Shown: positions 11,649-23,261 of the stretch, in pieces | Layout: each line of letters opens with the position of its first letter | Position numbering within the stretch: position 1 is the stretch's first letter | The notes under the pieces: model-generated | Told to the model about the DNA's origin: nothing | Seen by the model: the letters and a program-made list of their open reading frames with translations, nothing else | Database searches by the model: none | NCBI GenBank assembly: GCA_965603825.1 | Contig: CBFDEM010000051.1 | Location: forward strand, 248,001 to 312,000 | Length of the DNA: 64,000 nt | From: Blepharisma stoltei ATCC 30299 | Taxonomy: Eukaryota > Protista > Ciliophora | Direction of reading: 5' to 3' | Position numbers and translations under genes: made by a program

Positions 11649-13799
11649 ATGTCGCACGATTACGATAAATGGTGGGAAGAAGAGGTCAATGAACGGTATG
11701 CAGTCTTCAGAAAATATTTGCTAGGAACATTTTGATTAATAGGCATTTTCTGGGTAACTTTTGTGATTCTGAGCCCAGAAAATTTTAGAATTTTCTGAGA
11801 CATGATACCTCATGTTTTGGTCAATTGAGGAATGGTATGACTTTCAAGAATAATTGGTCGTAAAGGAACTTATGAAAAATCTGCTTATACAGTTTTTCAC
11901 ACAGAGTACTCGTGTGTGATTCTTTGGTATCTATCGCTAACCCAATTAAAGAATTATTTAGTCTTATGTGAGATTCTGTCAAGTATTTATATCAATGCAT
12001 TCGAGCTTGCATTTATCCAAAGAGCATGGCTTAGAAACTTAATTATAGCGAAACATATGGTTATGTGGCATTACATCAAATACTTGACAGGGGAATTAAT
12101 GTTAGATGCTGATATTACACCTCATACTATAGCAGCAATCTGTTTCCTGCTCTATAACTTTATTTCTTATTATCAGATATCAATATCATATGAGAGGTAT
12201 CTGAACCGAGTACAGAAGAATTCTGCAGAGAGCCATTTAGAAGTAATAATAAGCGCTTTTCCTGATGGAATTTTAATCCTATCAGACACTTTTACAGTAG
12301 AATATGTGAACTCTAATTTGACTTCATTATTGAACTGTTCCTCTGAAGAAATTAAAGATACACTTGCAAATATAAAATATTGCGAAGGCAAAAAATATTC
12401 CAATATATCAGAGTCAAGCAATTTATTCAAGGACATAGAAATAATGCTGAAGCAAGATTTAAGAGAGCCAATAATGCTTGGCGTCTCATTATGTAATGGT
12501 AACAATATTGAGTGGAAAGGATGAAAAATAAGGTGAGGAGAGAAAAATGCTCTTTCCTTAACTGCAAGAAATATGAACCATATAATACAGCTTGAACAGT
12601 CCATTTCTGATAGCAAGCTCAAAACTGTTTTACTAAGATCAGTTTCTCATGAATTGAGAACACCTTTGAATGTTATTTCATTTATTGCTGAAGAGCTCTC
12701 TGAGAATCTTTACTCTTATCCGATAGAGATGTCTAAAGAAAAATTAAGAATGATATCAATTTCGACTAAACTTTTATTGACTCTTGTAAATGATTTACTG
12801 GATTATTCAAGAATGCTAGCAGGGGTTTTTTCAGTACATAAGTCAAGATTCTTATTGCAAGATTTGATTAAGAATGCTATGGATTTAATTAGCATTCAGG
12901 CTAACAGAAAAAATTTGTTTTTATCATTCCAGATTGATCCATTGCTGCCAAAGTATATATACTCAGATCCCTTCAGATTAAGCCAAGTCCTATTGAATTT
13001 CCTATCTAACGCTCTAAAATTTACTTTAAAAGGCTCAATTCAAGTAGTCTGTGTGTCAACCATCACAAATAAGTTAAAAGTCATTATAAAAGATACAGGC
13101 CTAGGTATTGCTAGTACAAAGCTCAGTACTTTATTTGAAGAATTCAATACTGTTTCAACCCCAAATCTTAATCCTCAAGGCTGTGGACTTGGCCTACATA
13201 TTTCTAAAATGATTTTAAAAGAGCTTGGAAATGATATAATTTCAGTAGAATCCAAAATTAATGTTGGCTCAACCTTTTCTTTTACTATTGACATTGCAGA
13301 AAATACTGAAAACTCTTGATCTGATTCTTCTAATCCCATTATGAATATTTCTGAAGACTTTGAAAACTTAGGGAAAATTTTTTCAAATTATGATGTGAAA
13401 AAAGATTCCTCCCGACAAGTGCTTATAGTAGATGACAATGATTTTAACAGAATTGTGCTGGCAACTGTTTTAAGCAAAAATGGGATCACTTTTACAGAGG
13501 CTTGCACAGGAAGAGAAGCAATAGGCTTTATTGCTGCTCAAGATGCCAAAGGGACTCCATATAGTCTTGTTATTATGGATGGGGACATGCCTGAAATGAC
13601 TGGCTGAGAAGCAACTCAGACAATTGTAAAAATGAAAAGTGATGGGAAACTTTCACATGTTCCAGTGGTTATTGGCTATACTGCGTACAGCGCAGAAGAG
13701 GACCTAAAGAAGTGTATAGATAGTGGGATGGTGGAGTGTTTGACAAAGCCATGTGATCCAGAGCTTTTATTATCAACGATTAATAAATATATTAGTTAA
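11649..13799 (+). CDS. Membrane hybrid histidine kinase 1 (TM sensor, PAS-like, HisKA, HATPase, receiver; 716 aa)
   Basis: One frame from ATG 11649 to TAA 13797 with 8 TGA codons read as Trp. SHELRTPLN, NALKFT, DTGLGI, GCGLGL, IVDDN and MDGDMP. Confidence 0.9.
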
Positions 13800-14153
13800 T
13801 TTTGTATAAATCTTGCTAATTATTAGATTTATTATTTTATTGATGATTCAAAAATAGAATCTAAATAATTAATTATAAGCCGCATAAAAGGATTTTTGAT
13901 AAAATATTGCATATGTTTAACCTCAATGTGTGCTTTCTTGAACTACTTTCAATATGCTAAAATATTTATAGTTAGCAGTATTGCTAAAGATAAATATTAA
14001 AAACAAATTTTAGCAAAAAAATATCAATCATTAATGGGCAACTACTTTATTTTAATTTGTATTTTATAAATTATAATTTCTCTAAGCTTATTACAATTAA
14101 TGCTAATTAAATTTAATCAAATCTGAATTTTTTCTTATATTAAATCAAACCAA

Positions 14154-16331
14154 TTAAAATTCATCTGTGGGGCTCATTGCTTCACAAAACGATCCATTTC
14201 TAGGCAGCCTTATTCTTCTGGCTAGCAAAGCTTCCCAATCTAATTTTCTAAAGAATGGGTGCCTTTTAATTTGTGAAATTTGGGGTCTCTTAGCTGGATC
14301 CCTGTTCATTACTTGAGTTATCAGGTCTCTGGCAGTTGAACTCACATGGGGCGGAAATGATAATCTCGCTTGCTTTATACTTTGAAACAGCACATCAATA
14401 TCTTGAGAATAATAAGGCGGAGCTCCTGTTAAGAGCTCATACAATAATGGCCCAATTCCATAAATATCTGACGCTTTACTCGCTCCTTTTTTAGCTACAA
14501 TTTCGGGTGGCAAATATGCAGGAGATCCTGCCATTGTCATTGCAGGGTTGTCTTTGCTTACATTTTCTTTTGCAAGTCCAAAATCTGCAAGCTTTGCATG
14601 CCCAGAACTGTCAATCAGCACATTGGCAGGCTTAAGGTCTCTATATATAATTTCAAGCGAATGCAAATATTCTAAAGCTAGAATGACCTCAGCTAAATAA
14701 AACTTGGCAATGTTTTCTTCAATTATTTTATTTGATTCTAGCAATCCTAATAAATCTCCATTAGGACAGTATTCTAGTATCAGGTATAAATATTGAGTCG
14801 TCTGAAAAGCATAATATAAAGTGACTATAAACGGGTGCTTTAATTGCTTCATAATTCTGCACTCACTGATGGCATATTTTAGTTGCTTTTGTCTTTGAAG
14901 GTTAGCTTTGCTTAAAGATTTCATCGCATATTCTTGCTGGTCCCCATTTCTCTTTTGGACTTTATAAACAGTGCCGAAAGACCCACTTCCTATTTGGTCA
15001 AGAATCGTAAAGCTATTGAAGTTTATTACTTCATCATTTACTAGGACAGAAGGATTTTCGCTACTTACCGTTTCATCTTCAGCAACTTCTGAAGCAATGC
15101 TTTCAGTGTTTTTCTTAAGCACTGAATCTTTAGATCGATGAACCAAACAATAGCTTACTCCTTGCTTAATCCTATTCACCCATTCTTTAGTCAAATCTTG
15201 ATGCTTTGTATAGTATTTATAAGAGTTTCTTGCGGTCTCAATACTGAAAAAGAACTGCGTTTTGCTTCCTCCAATTACTCTGACGTCCTGAACGTCTGAA
15301 AGATTAATAATACACTCTGGCTCGACTTTATCTAAAAAGTCTTCTTTATTAGTGTACCTATCCAATGCGCCTTTGTCAAGATCCATATAAAGAAAAACAG
15401 GCCTGTCATGAATAAATAGTGACCCAGTCATCCAAATTTCTCCACAAAATGGAGGCGGCGTTTCAGACTCCTGCTGATATTTTCTTAATTGACACTCACC
15501 CAGATATACTGGGAGAAGCGTCAAAATTTCATGATCTTTTGCTAATTCAATAGGGGTTTTGCCTCTTGGGTCTTCAAGAGACATGCAAGCGTTGGCTTCT
15601 AATAAAGTCTTTGCAATATCAGCATGTCCTCTTTCACAAGCCAGATGTAGACCTGTTCCTCTAAATTTCGTCATTTTATCTAACTGTAAATTGGGGTGTT
15701 CCATTAATGCTTCTACACAATCAGCATGTCCTTGAAAGCAGCAGAGCTGAAGAGGAGTCCATTCGTCTATTGTTACCTTATTAGAGTTCACTCTTCTGCC
15801 TACTAAATATGAAATAATTGCACTGTGGCCATAACTGCAAGCATAATGAATCGGTGCTCATAGACATGGCTGTGCTTGGTTGAGCAAATCTTCATCATCG
15901 GGAGATTCAGACTCATATACCTCGACTGTTCTCATTAGATCTGCAAGATTTCCAGCCTTGCATGCATCAATGGCTTTTTCTAAAGGGCCATATTCTCTTG
16001 TAATTGGGAGATAGTTTTCAAAGCCTAAACTTTCCATATATGTAGATCCGCGGTTTAACTTGCGTTTGGTAGGCGATGGGCAACTGAATTCAAGCTGCTT
16101 TACTTCTATTTTAGAGTTTGGCTCAAGGTGATAGAAACTAATTGGCCAGTTATCGCTCATTAATATTTTTACTCCACAGATTTCTGTGATTAAATTGATT
16201 TTTACTTGTACAGGACCTATCAAGCTTATAATGGTTTTTTTTAGTTGTGAAATTTCTTGGTGAGGATCTACATCTATAACGAATTGGTTTCTTTTTGAAT
16301 GTTTACTTGAATATTTCACCAATATTTTCAT
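14154..16331 (-). CDS. Ubiquitin-like, ankyrin, PH and AGC Ser/Thr kinase protein (725 aa)
   Basis: TGA at 15858 reads W-APIHYAC (ankyrin) and joins the two ORFs. PH-like region ends EWVNRI. Kinase motifs GSGSFG, YRDLKPAN and DFG. Confidence 0.88.
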
Positions 16332-16719
16332 TTTGATAAAGGAACGTCATATTGAAATGCAAAATTAATTGTAATTTTTTAAAAGCTTAGCAGATTAAAC
16401 TTAATTCGCATTATGCATTATGAATAAAATTTTAATTTTCATGTAGAAGATTTTATTATATTAATCTTAATAGGCTAATAATAATATTGATTAAATGGAA
16501 TCCCCGAGGAAAATCAATTTGACGTAAAAAAAAACTGGCTATAATCATCACAAATTAAACTAAATTTTTCATTTTTGCAAGCATAATAGCCTTGCTAAAT
16601 AATCATTATATTAAAATATATTGCTTTTCCACAAATACTTATTGCTTTATTAATGCCTTATAAAGTTTTTTTATATTGATACATTTCTTACCATAGCTAC
16701 TTAAATTATGCATTTATAA

Positions 16720-18855
16720 ATGGGAGAGAGTTCTTATAACCTCTGGTGGGAAGAAGAAGTCAACCAGAAATTCCCAATCTTCAAAAAATATTTGGAATCT
16801 GCCAGACGAGTTTATGCGATTTTTTGAATCACATACCTTATAATATCTCCTGAAAATTTATCTCTATTTATCAAAACTTTGCCTTACACAATAACTCACT
16901 ATACAATTTCTTTTACTGTTAGCCTTCTAGAACATAAAAGCCCAGCCAAAAAATTTTGGTTCCCGGTGCTTTATGTTGAATATTGCCAAATCGCCTTATG
17001 GGTTTATTCTTTAAGTTTTTGCTCAAGCCATCCTATATTATTCGAAATGCTTGGAAGCTTGCTAATGGGATACTTTGAACTTCCATTCATAAAAAGTAAG
17101 CTGCTTACGAATTTAATATTGATCAAGCATGTAATATTATGGCACTATTACAAGTATTTTTCTGGAAATTATAACGATAGCGAATGTATGATTGGTCATG
17201 CTGTAGGATTTTTGCATATCCTTGCATATAATTATATTTTACACCAAACTGCCCAGGCAGCCCATGAGAAATACCTTTACAGGAAAGGAAAAGAAAAAGC
17301 TGAAAATCAGCTAGAAGTGATTATTAGCGCCTTTCCTGATGGATTTTTTGTTATTTCAGAAGACAATACTATTGAGTATGCAAATATAAAAATGCTTAAT
17401 TTATTAGCATGCAGTCAACACGAACTACCGCAGATTCTCTCTTCAATTATTTTTTGTCCAGGTAAAAAGTACAGTAATCTTTCACAAAATGAATCTTTAG
17501 CTCATCACATGCATGCAATGTTTGATTTGGAATTCAACTTCGAAATAATGCTTGGAATATCGATATCCAGCAATATTAATCTTGAATGAAAAGGGTCCAA
17601 AATTTTGTGGGAAAGCAAGCCAGCTCTATTAATAACTGCAAGAAATGCAAATAGCATTATACAGCTTGAAAGGACCATTGCTGAAGATAAATTTAAAACT
17701 GTACTTTTAAGGACTGTTTCTCATGAACTTCGAACGCCGTTGAATGCAATTTCATTATTAACAGAAGAGCTAATCCAAGAGCCAAGTACTTCTGAAATTT
17801 GTAGAGATAAGTTGAGCATGATTTCTGTGTCTACAAGGCTGCTTTTAACCCTAGTCAGTGATTTACTTGATTTTTCAAGAATGCTGGCAGGAGTATTTTC
17901 AGTCCAAAAATCTTGGTTTTCTTTGCAAGAGGTAGTCAAAGGAGCGTGCGACCTTATACATATCCAAGCTAAAAAGAAAAACATTGCTTTAGTCATGAGG
18001 GTTGATCCTTCTCTCCCAAGAATCGTGTATTCTGATCCTCTCAGGCTTAGTCAAGTGTTATTGAATTTATTAAGCAATGCGCTTAAATTTACAATGAGCG
18101 GCTTTATTGAAATTATTTGTTTGCTTGACAGAAAAAACTATTTGAAAATAATAGTCCAAGATTCAGGGATTGGAATCGATAAAGCAAGCATTGTCCATCT
18201 ATTTGATGAGTTTTATACTTCGTCTTTACAAGCAATCAACCCTCAAGGATGTGGCCTAGGGCTGCCAATTTCTAATAAAATAGTAAAAGAGCTGGGCAAT
18301 AGTCACATAGAAGTGGAATCTGCTAAAGGAAAAGGGTCAGCTTTTTCTTTTAGCGTCTCGATTTTTGAAGAAAATCAAAGCTTAGATGCTCATCTTTCTG
18401 ATACAGAAAATAATACTTGTGAAGAAATTAATTTTCTACAGTTAAATACTTCGACAACTAATATTTCGAACCCTCAAGTCCTTATTGTAGATGATAATGA
18501 TATGAATCGGGCTATTGTGTCATCGCTACTGAGCCATAATAAAATAAATATATTAGAGGCGTGCACTGGAAAGCAAGCAATTAATATGATAATTCAGCAA
18601 GATCGTAGCAAAAATCCTTTTAAGGTAATCATTATGGATGGAGAAATGCCCGAGCTAGATGGATGGGAAACGACTAAAATTATAGTTGATTTAAAAAGAA
18701 CTGGCGAAATTAAATCCATGCCAAATATCATAGGATATACGGCATATAGTTCTGACGAAGATATAAAACAGTGCATTCAATGTGGCATGAAAGAATGCCT
18801 AACAAAGCCATGCACCTCTGAAGCCTTGATATCAACCATTCTTAAATATTTGTAA
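16720..18855 (+). CDS. Membrane hybrid histidine kinase 2 (711 aa)
   Basis: ATG 16720 (MGESSYNLWWEEEVN) with two TGA=Trp. SHELRTPLN, NALKFT, GCGLGL and MDGEMP. Confidence 0.9.
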
Positions 18856-19834
18856 GTAATGCTATTTTAACATTAAACTTTTTACGGCTCAACTCTTTGA
18901 CAAGAACTAAGGGATTTGCATAAAATAAGAATTTATTTAAAGAACGAGGAGCTTTTTTTTAATACAATAGGGATTTTAGAAGTTTTTTGTTGTTGTCTTC
19001 AACTTTAATAGAACAGATAACTCTAAAAGATTATTATATCTCGCTATTTATTTGGAATTACTCAAAAAATGTTCATATTTTTTCTATAATTTTAATTCTT
19101 ATTTTAATGAGAAAATTGATTCTTTAATTTTAGTGATATGAGTTTCTTATTTATATATTAGTAAAATACGAAGGCTTATAGCTCAGAGCTGCATGAATAT
19201 TCGGCTATTTTGTTGCGATTTGTGCCATATAATTATATATAAGTTATAGGTATCAAAATACTTATATGAGTACACTTTATACTGCTTTTTCTAAAGCATA
19301 ATAAACGTTGTTTTTAGAAAAAGAATTTAATATTTATTTCAATGGCATCAGTGAGTATCTTATTTGCTGGCATGAGGGACCACATTGTATTGGGAGAACA
19401 GTTCATTCTATTTTCTTACTGAGAGCAGGAGTTTTCTTTTTAATGAAATCCCAACTTTGCTTTTATCTGAAAACTCGAGTTTTGTTCTTTTTTCTAACAA
19501 AAGAATGATTTCTCTTTTTGCTGAATAATTGGGTCTATCTTTATTATGAGTAAACAAAATTTTGTACTGCTTGATTTGACTGTAAATTTATATATAAAAC
19601 GAAGATTTAATTGCAAGCTTATTCTTTTCTTAATGATAAAGCTGATTCTTTATCTTGATGAGTAAATAAATTCTTATTTTATTCAAATCCATAAGTTCTT
19701 ATCATTAATAGGAGCCTTTTTTACTTTTTTACTTTTTCAATTTTATAATTTATATTAAAGCTATAAAAGCATGCCAATTATATTAGAAAGCAGTTACATT
19801 TTAAAAACCTCTTATACCCATAATTTTTTATATA

Positions 19835-20545
19835 TTAATTTACATCTTTCAATTCATGAGAATCTCCTGAAAGATCCAGCCTATGCGCTTTTTTACTATG
19901 AAGCATCTCTGACTCATTATGCCTCATAAAGTTGAAACGCTCATCATTTTCTTCAGTTATATGTGACGGCCTCATATTATCTTCTTGTCTCGCATTATTA
20001 TTATCTTTTGCCTCTGCAAGCTGTGAAAAGTCAATCATTTTCAGCGCTGTCAGCTGTGCTTTTTGCTGATTTTTCAAAAAAATGATGACTCTCAGAAACT
20101 GTAAAATGGTTCTCAAAATCATCGCGATTTCCCCACCAATCCCGCCGATGTCTTCATCAATGTCTGAATCCCACAAGCCAGCTCCAATCGCAATTATGCA
20201 TAGAATAACAATAATCAAATCAAAAATATTTGAAAAAGACTTTCAATACGCATGACAGTTTTGAATATACATACGAACGAAAACTTCGAAGACTACGAGC
20301 ACTGTAACTAAGCCTTCAAGCAGCCAAAACCACATATTGTCTGGAAATCGGCATTTTGAAAGTAAAGTTCAAACGATGCCGATTCCACAGAGAATGATAA
20401 CAATTATGTATCCGATTCTGGTGTATTTTGAAAAGTAAGCTCTGTTCATACACAGCTTACAGTGGTTTTGGCTGGTTTTTAAGAGTTGGTTTGTAGACAA
20501 GACGTCACTGGGACTATAGAGACCTAGATCTTTTCCATTGTTCAT
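19835..20545 (-). CDS. Stand-alone four-helix voltage-sensor-like domain protein without a pore (236 aa)
   Basis: ATG 20545 with TGA=Trp at 20369 and 20243. S2 VFEVFVR, S3 WKSFSNIFDLIIV and S4 ILRTILQFLRVIIFLK, followed by a soluble tail. Confidence 0.75.
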
Positions 20546-20687
20546 TTTATAAGTGGAAACTCAACTGAGTCACTATATCCCACCAAAATGACAGCCGAAA
20601 GCCTTAGAAATAGCTAAGCTCTGCGCATTTGCCCATGAGAAGCCTGTGGCTTAGGCTTAGCCACACAATATAGAAATTATAAATTAA

Positions 20688-20749
20688 AGAATCAGACTAC
20701 GAACATTCATCAGTGTGCAGATGACCGTCGTGATAGTTTCATCAGAAAT
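20688..20749 (-). ncRNA. Box C/D snoRNA, U35/snR73-like; predicted 2'-O-methylation of LSU C at 57051
   Basis: C box UGAUGA 20744-20739. Guide UCACGACGGUC is complementary to 28S 57049-57059. D' CUGC, C' UGAUGA, D CUGA 20695-20692. The D'+5 rule hits the yeast C2959 equivalent. Confidence 0.82.
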
Positions 20750-20756
20750 AAATATA

Positions 20757-20831
20757 AAAATCAGTTTAACTATGACTCTTGAGTACTTCCATAGAGAAAA
20801 CCTCTCAAGGCTCAGAAAATTCATCATGGAA
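20757..20831 (-). ncRNA. Box C/D snoRNA, U46/snR63-like; predicted 2'-O-methylation of LSU A at 56375
   Basis: C box AUGAUGA 20827-20821, internal CUUGAG/CUCAAG stem and D box CUGA 20764-20761. The 13-nt guide AGAGUCAUAGUUA is complementary to 28S 56373-56385. D+5 hits the yeast A2256 equivalent. Confidence 0.85.
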
Positions 20832-20893
20832 ATTTTTATTATGGTAATTATTTATCCATTTTACCCCTAACGTAATTTAATTTAAATTAATTT

Positions 20894-21340
20894 ATGAGTT
20901 ATTCAACCAAGCGAAGGGCTCAACGATCTACTATTGGCTTGCCTATAAACGACTTTTTAGAAAGTCTGGACACAAAATACGGCTCAGAAATGACGCTTGA
21001 CGACGTTTTTGATGATTCCAGAGATTTCAGAGACCAATACCAAATGGGTTTTACGAAAAATTCAACCCCTATTAAAGAGCCTACCCCAGCAAAAATGTAT
21101 AAAGAAAACTTATATGACACGTTAGGACTGACTCCATCTTGCACAGCCAAAGACCTGAAGGCTGCTTATAGAAACTTGATTATGAGGATGCATCCAGATA
21201 AAGGAGGAGATGGTGGTGTGTTTAATAAAATTCAGCTTGCTTATAAAGTATTGTCAGATGAAGAGTCAAGAATGCTTTATGATGAGTTTGGCGAGAGCGC
21301 GATTGATATTATACAATCATTTAGCCAAAGGCTGTATTAA
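20894..21340 (+). CDS. DnaJ/J-domain protein
   Basis: LYDTLGL, AYR, HPD motif (MHPDKGG) and AYKVLSD...YD. Confidence 0.88.
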   Translation: MSYSTKRRAQRSTIGLPINDFLESLDTKYGSEMTLDDVFDDSRDFRDQYQMGFTKNSTPIKEPTPAKMYKENLYDTLGLTPSCTAKDLKAAYRNLIMRMHPDKGGDGGVFNKIQLAYKVLSDEESRMLYDEFGESAIDIIQSFSQRLY

Positions 21341-21362
21341 TTTATTTAAAAATAATATTTAA

Positions 21363-22391
21363 TTACACATCTATCCAGCGGGCTCTTTTGCCATCTTTCC
21401 ACTCGCCTTTTCGTCTTGCTCCATCTGGGGTCATTAGCCATCCTTCACCATGCTGTTTTCCGTTCTTTCAATACCCTTCGTATTTTCTTCCGTCAACCCA
21501 CAAATAGACCCCATATCCATGTTTTTTATCATTTTGGTACTCGCCTTCATATTTTCTTCCATCTTTCCATGCATAAAACCCTCGTCCATGCATAGTCCCA
21601 TTTAGTCAGTCACCTTCATACTGTCTGCCGTCATACCAAGTGTATGTCCCTTTGCCATTGATTTTATTATCGATCCATTGTCCAGTATACTTAGACCCTT
21701 CTTTCCAAATATAAGTCCCAAAGCCATGCTTTTTGCCTGCTTTATAGTATCCTTCATATTTGCTTCCGTCAACCCAAGATTCCTTTCCAAAGCCATCTTG
21801 GATATCATCTTTTCATTCTCCTTCATACATTGCTCCATTTGCTTGCTTATAAGTTCCTTTTCCATTTGCTTTGTCATCTTTTCATTCTCCGTCATATATG
21901 TCTCCATCTACATGCCAAAATTTGCCTTTCCCATGGGCTTTGTTGTCTTTTCATTGGCCTTCATATCTTGCTCCATCAGGCCAAGTCTGTATGCCGTAGC
22001 CGTCTCTAAAGCCTCCTTTCCATTGGCCGACATAGACAGCTCCGCTTTTAAATCTGTAAGGAGGTCTGTCTTCTCGTTCAGGAATTCCAGACTGTTTCCC
22101 TAAAATGGTTTCTCTTGATTCTTCAGCAGTAAAGTACTTGCCGTTCATTCTTTGTTTTTTGCGAAGGTGTGAGACTAATTTTCGGTCTTGGTGTCCTCGC
22201 CACATGGCTTGGATTTTTATGATCCTTGGGGTGTACTTTTTAAGTTTTTGCAGCAAATCATGTGGAATTTCTGATTTAGCTTTGCTTTTACTTCTGGCTG
22301 TTGCAGTGGTTTGGTTTTCTAATATTTCAAGCTCAGTTTTTAGCTCATTTTCTCTGTTTGCACATGAGCAACTAGAACAATTAACTCCCAT
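21363..22391 (-). CDS. IQ-motif plus MORN-repeat protein (342 aa)
   Basis: MGVNC start and IQ motif IQAMWRGH. Tandem YEGxW MORN repeats with several Trp encoded by TGA (e.g. 21951). TAA at 21363. Confidence 0.88.
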
Positions 22392-23261
22392 TTACTAAAT
22401 ATAGCGGGTGGTTTTAAGAAATGGAATTCAAATGCTATTGAAAAAATCTTTTATTTTTAAGATTGAAAACTATATGTAGCAAATATTGAGTTTGCTTTTG
22501 AGTTTTTTTTATTCAATTTTAAGATAATTAAAGGGAAACAATAGATTAAAAATTGAATAATAGCATTTTATTCTTATATTAATGTGCTAAAACTCAAAAT
22601 AAATGGAAATAATTTAAATAAGATGCTTAGATTTGTGAATATATAAATAGCTTGTGCTGAGCCTGTTTTTTTGGATATAGAAAAGCATTCAAGACTTGTT
22701 AACTCGAAAACATAAACATTATAAAGAATAGACCTATTGCAACAGCATCAGGTAACAAAATCGTGGTCAAGATACAAAAAAGCATAAATAATAAATCATT
22801 TTTTGTTTAAACTCTTTGAAAAACTTTAATGTCAATATAAAGTTAAAGTCTTATCGCATAAAATATTGAATAAAAATGCTTGGTGAATATAATTTGTATT
22901 TTGGGGAATAGCAAATTATAGGCTTCAATTCAAATATTAGGAAAATTCTGGAAATTATATAATAGCTCAATGCTTACTAGTAAAATTATTCTTGTAAAAA
23001 AGATTTAACATAGAGCTGTATTTGTATAGAGTGAATGATTACTAAAATTTTCTTACTTATTTATTAGAGTAGCCTATTCATATCATCTAATATTCTTTGT
23101 TTGAACGATAACAATTTAAGACTGCTTTTGATTAGCCTTGCGATATTGAATGGTTTACATTCTTCAAAGATAAGCATTTGCAAGGTTAAGAAAATCAGAA
23201 AATAAATTAATCAATAATATAATACAGCCTTTTGTATGTTTTAAATTATTTTATAATTATA

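Noticed and set aside
18860-19830. Long AT-rich gap with recurring TGAGTA words (possible IES, transposon relic or pseudogene)
   Set aside because: No terminal repeats, transposase similarity or convincing ORF is visible.
20645-20665. GCTTAGGCTTAG as a telomerase template or telomere seed
   Set aside because: It does not match the CCCTAACA-type heterotrich repeat as I recall it, and no template context is evident.
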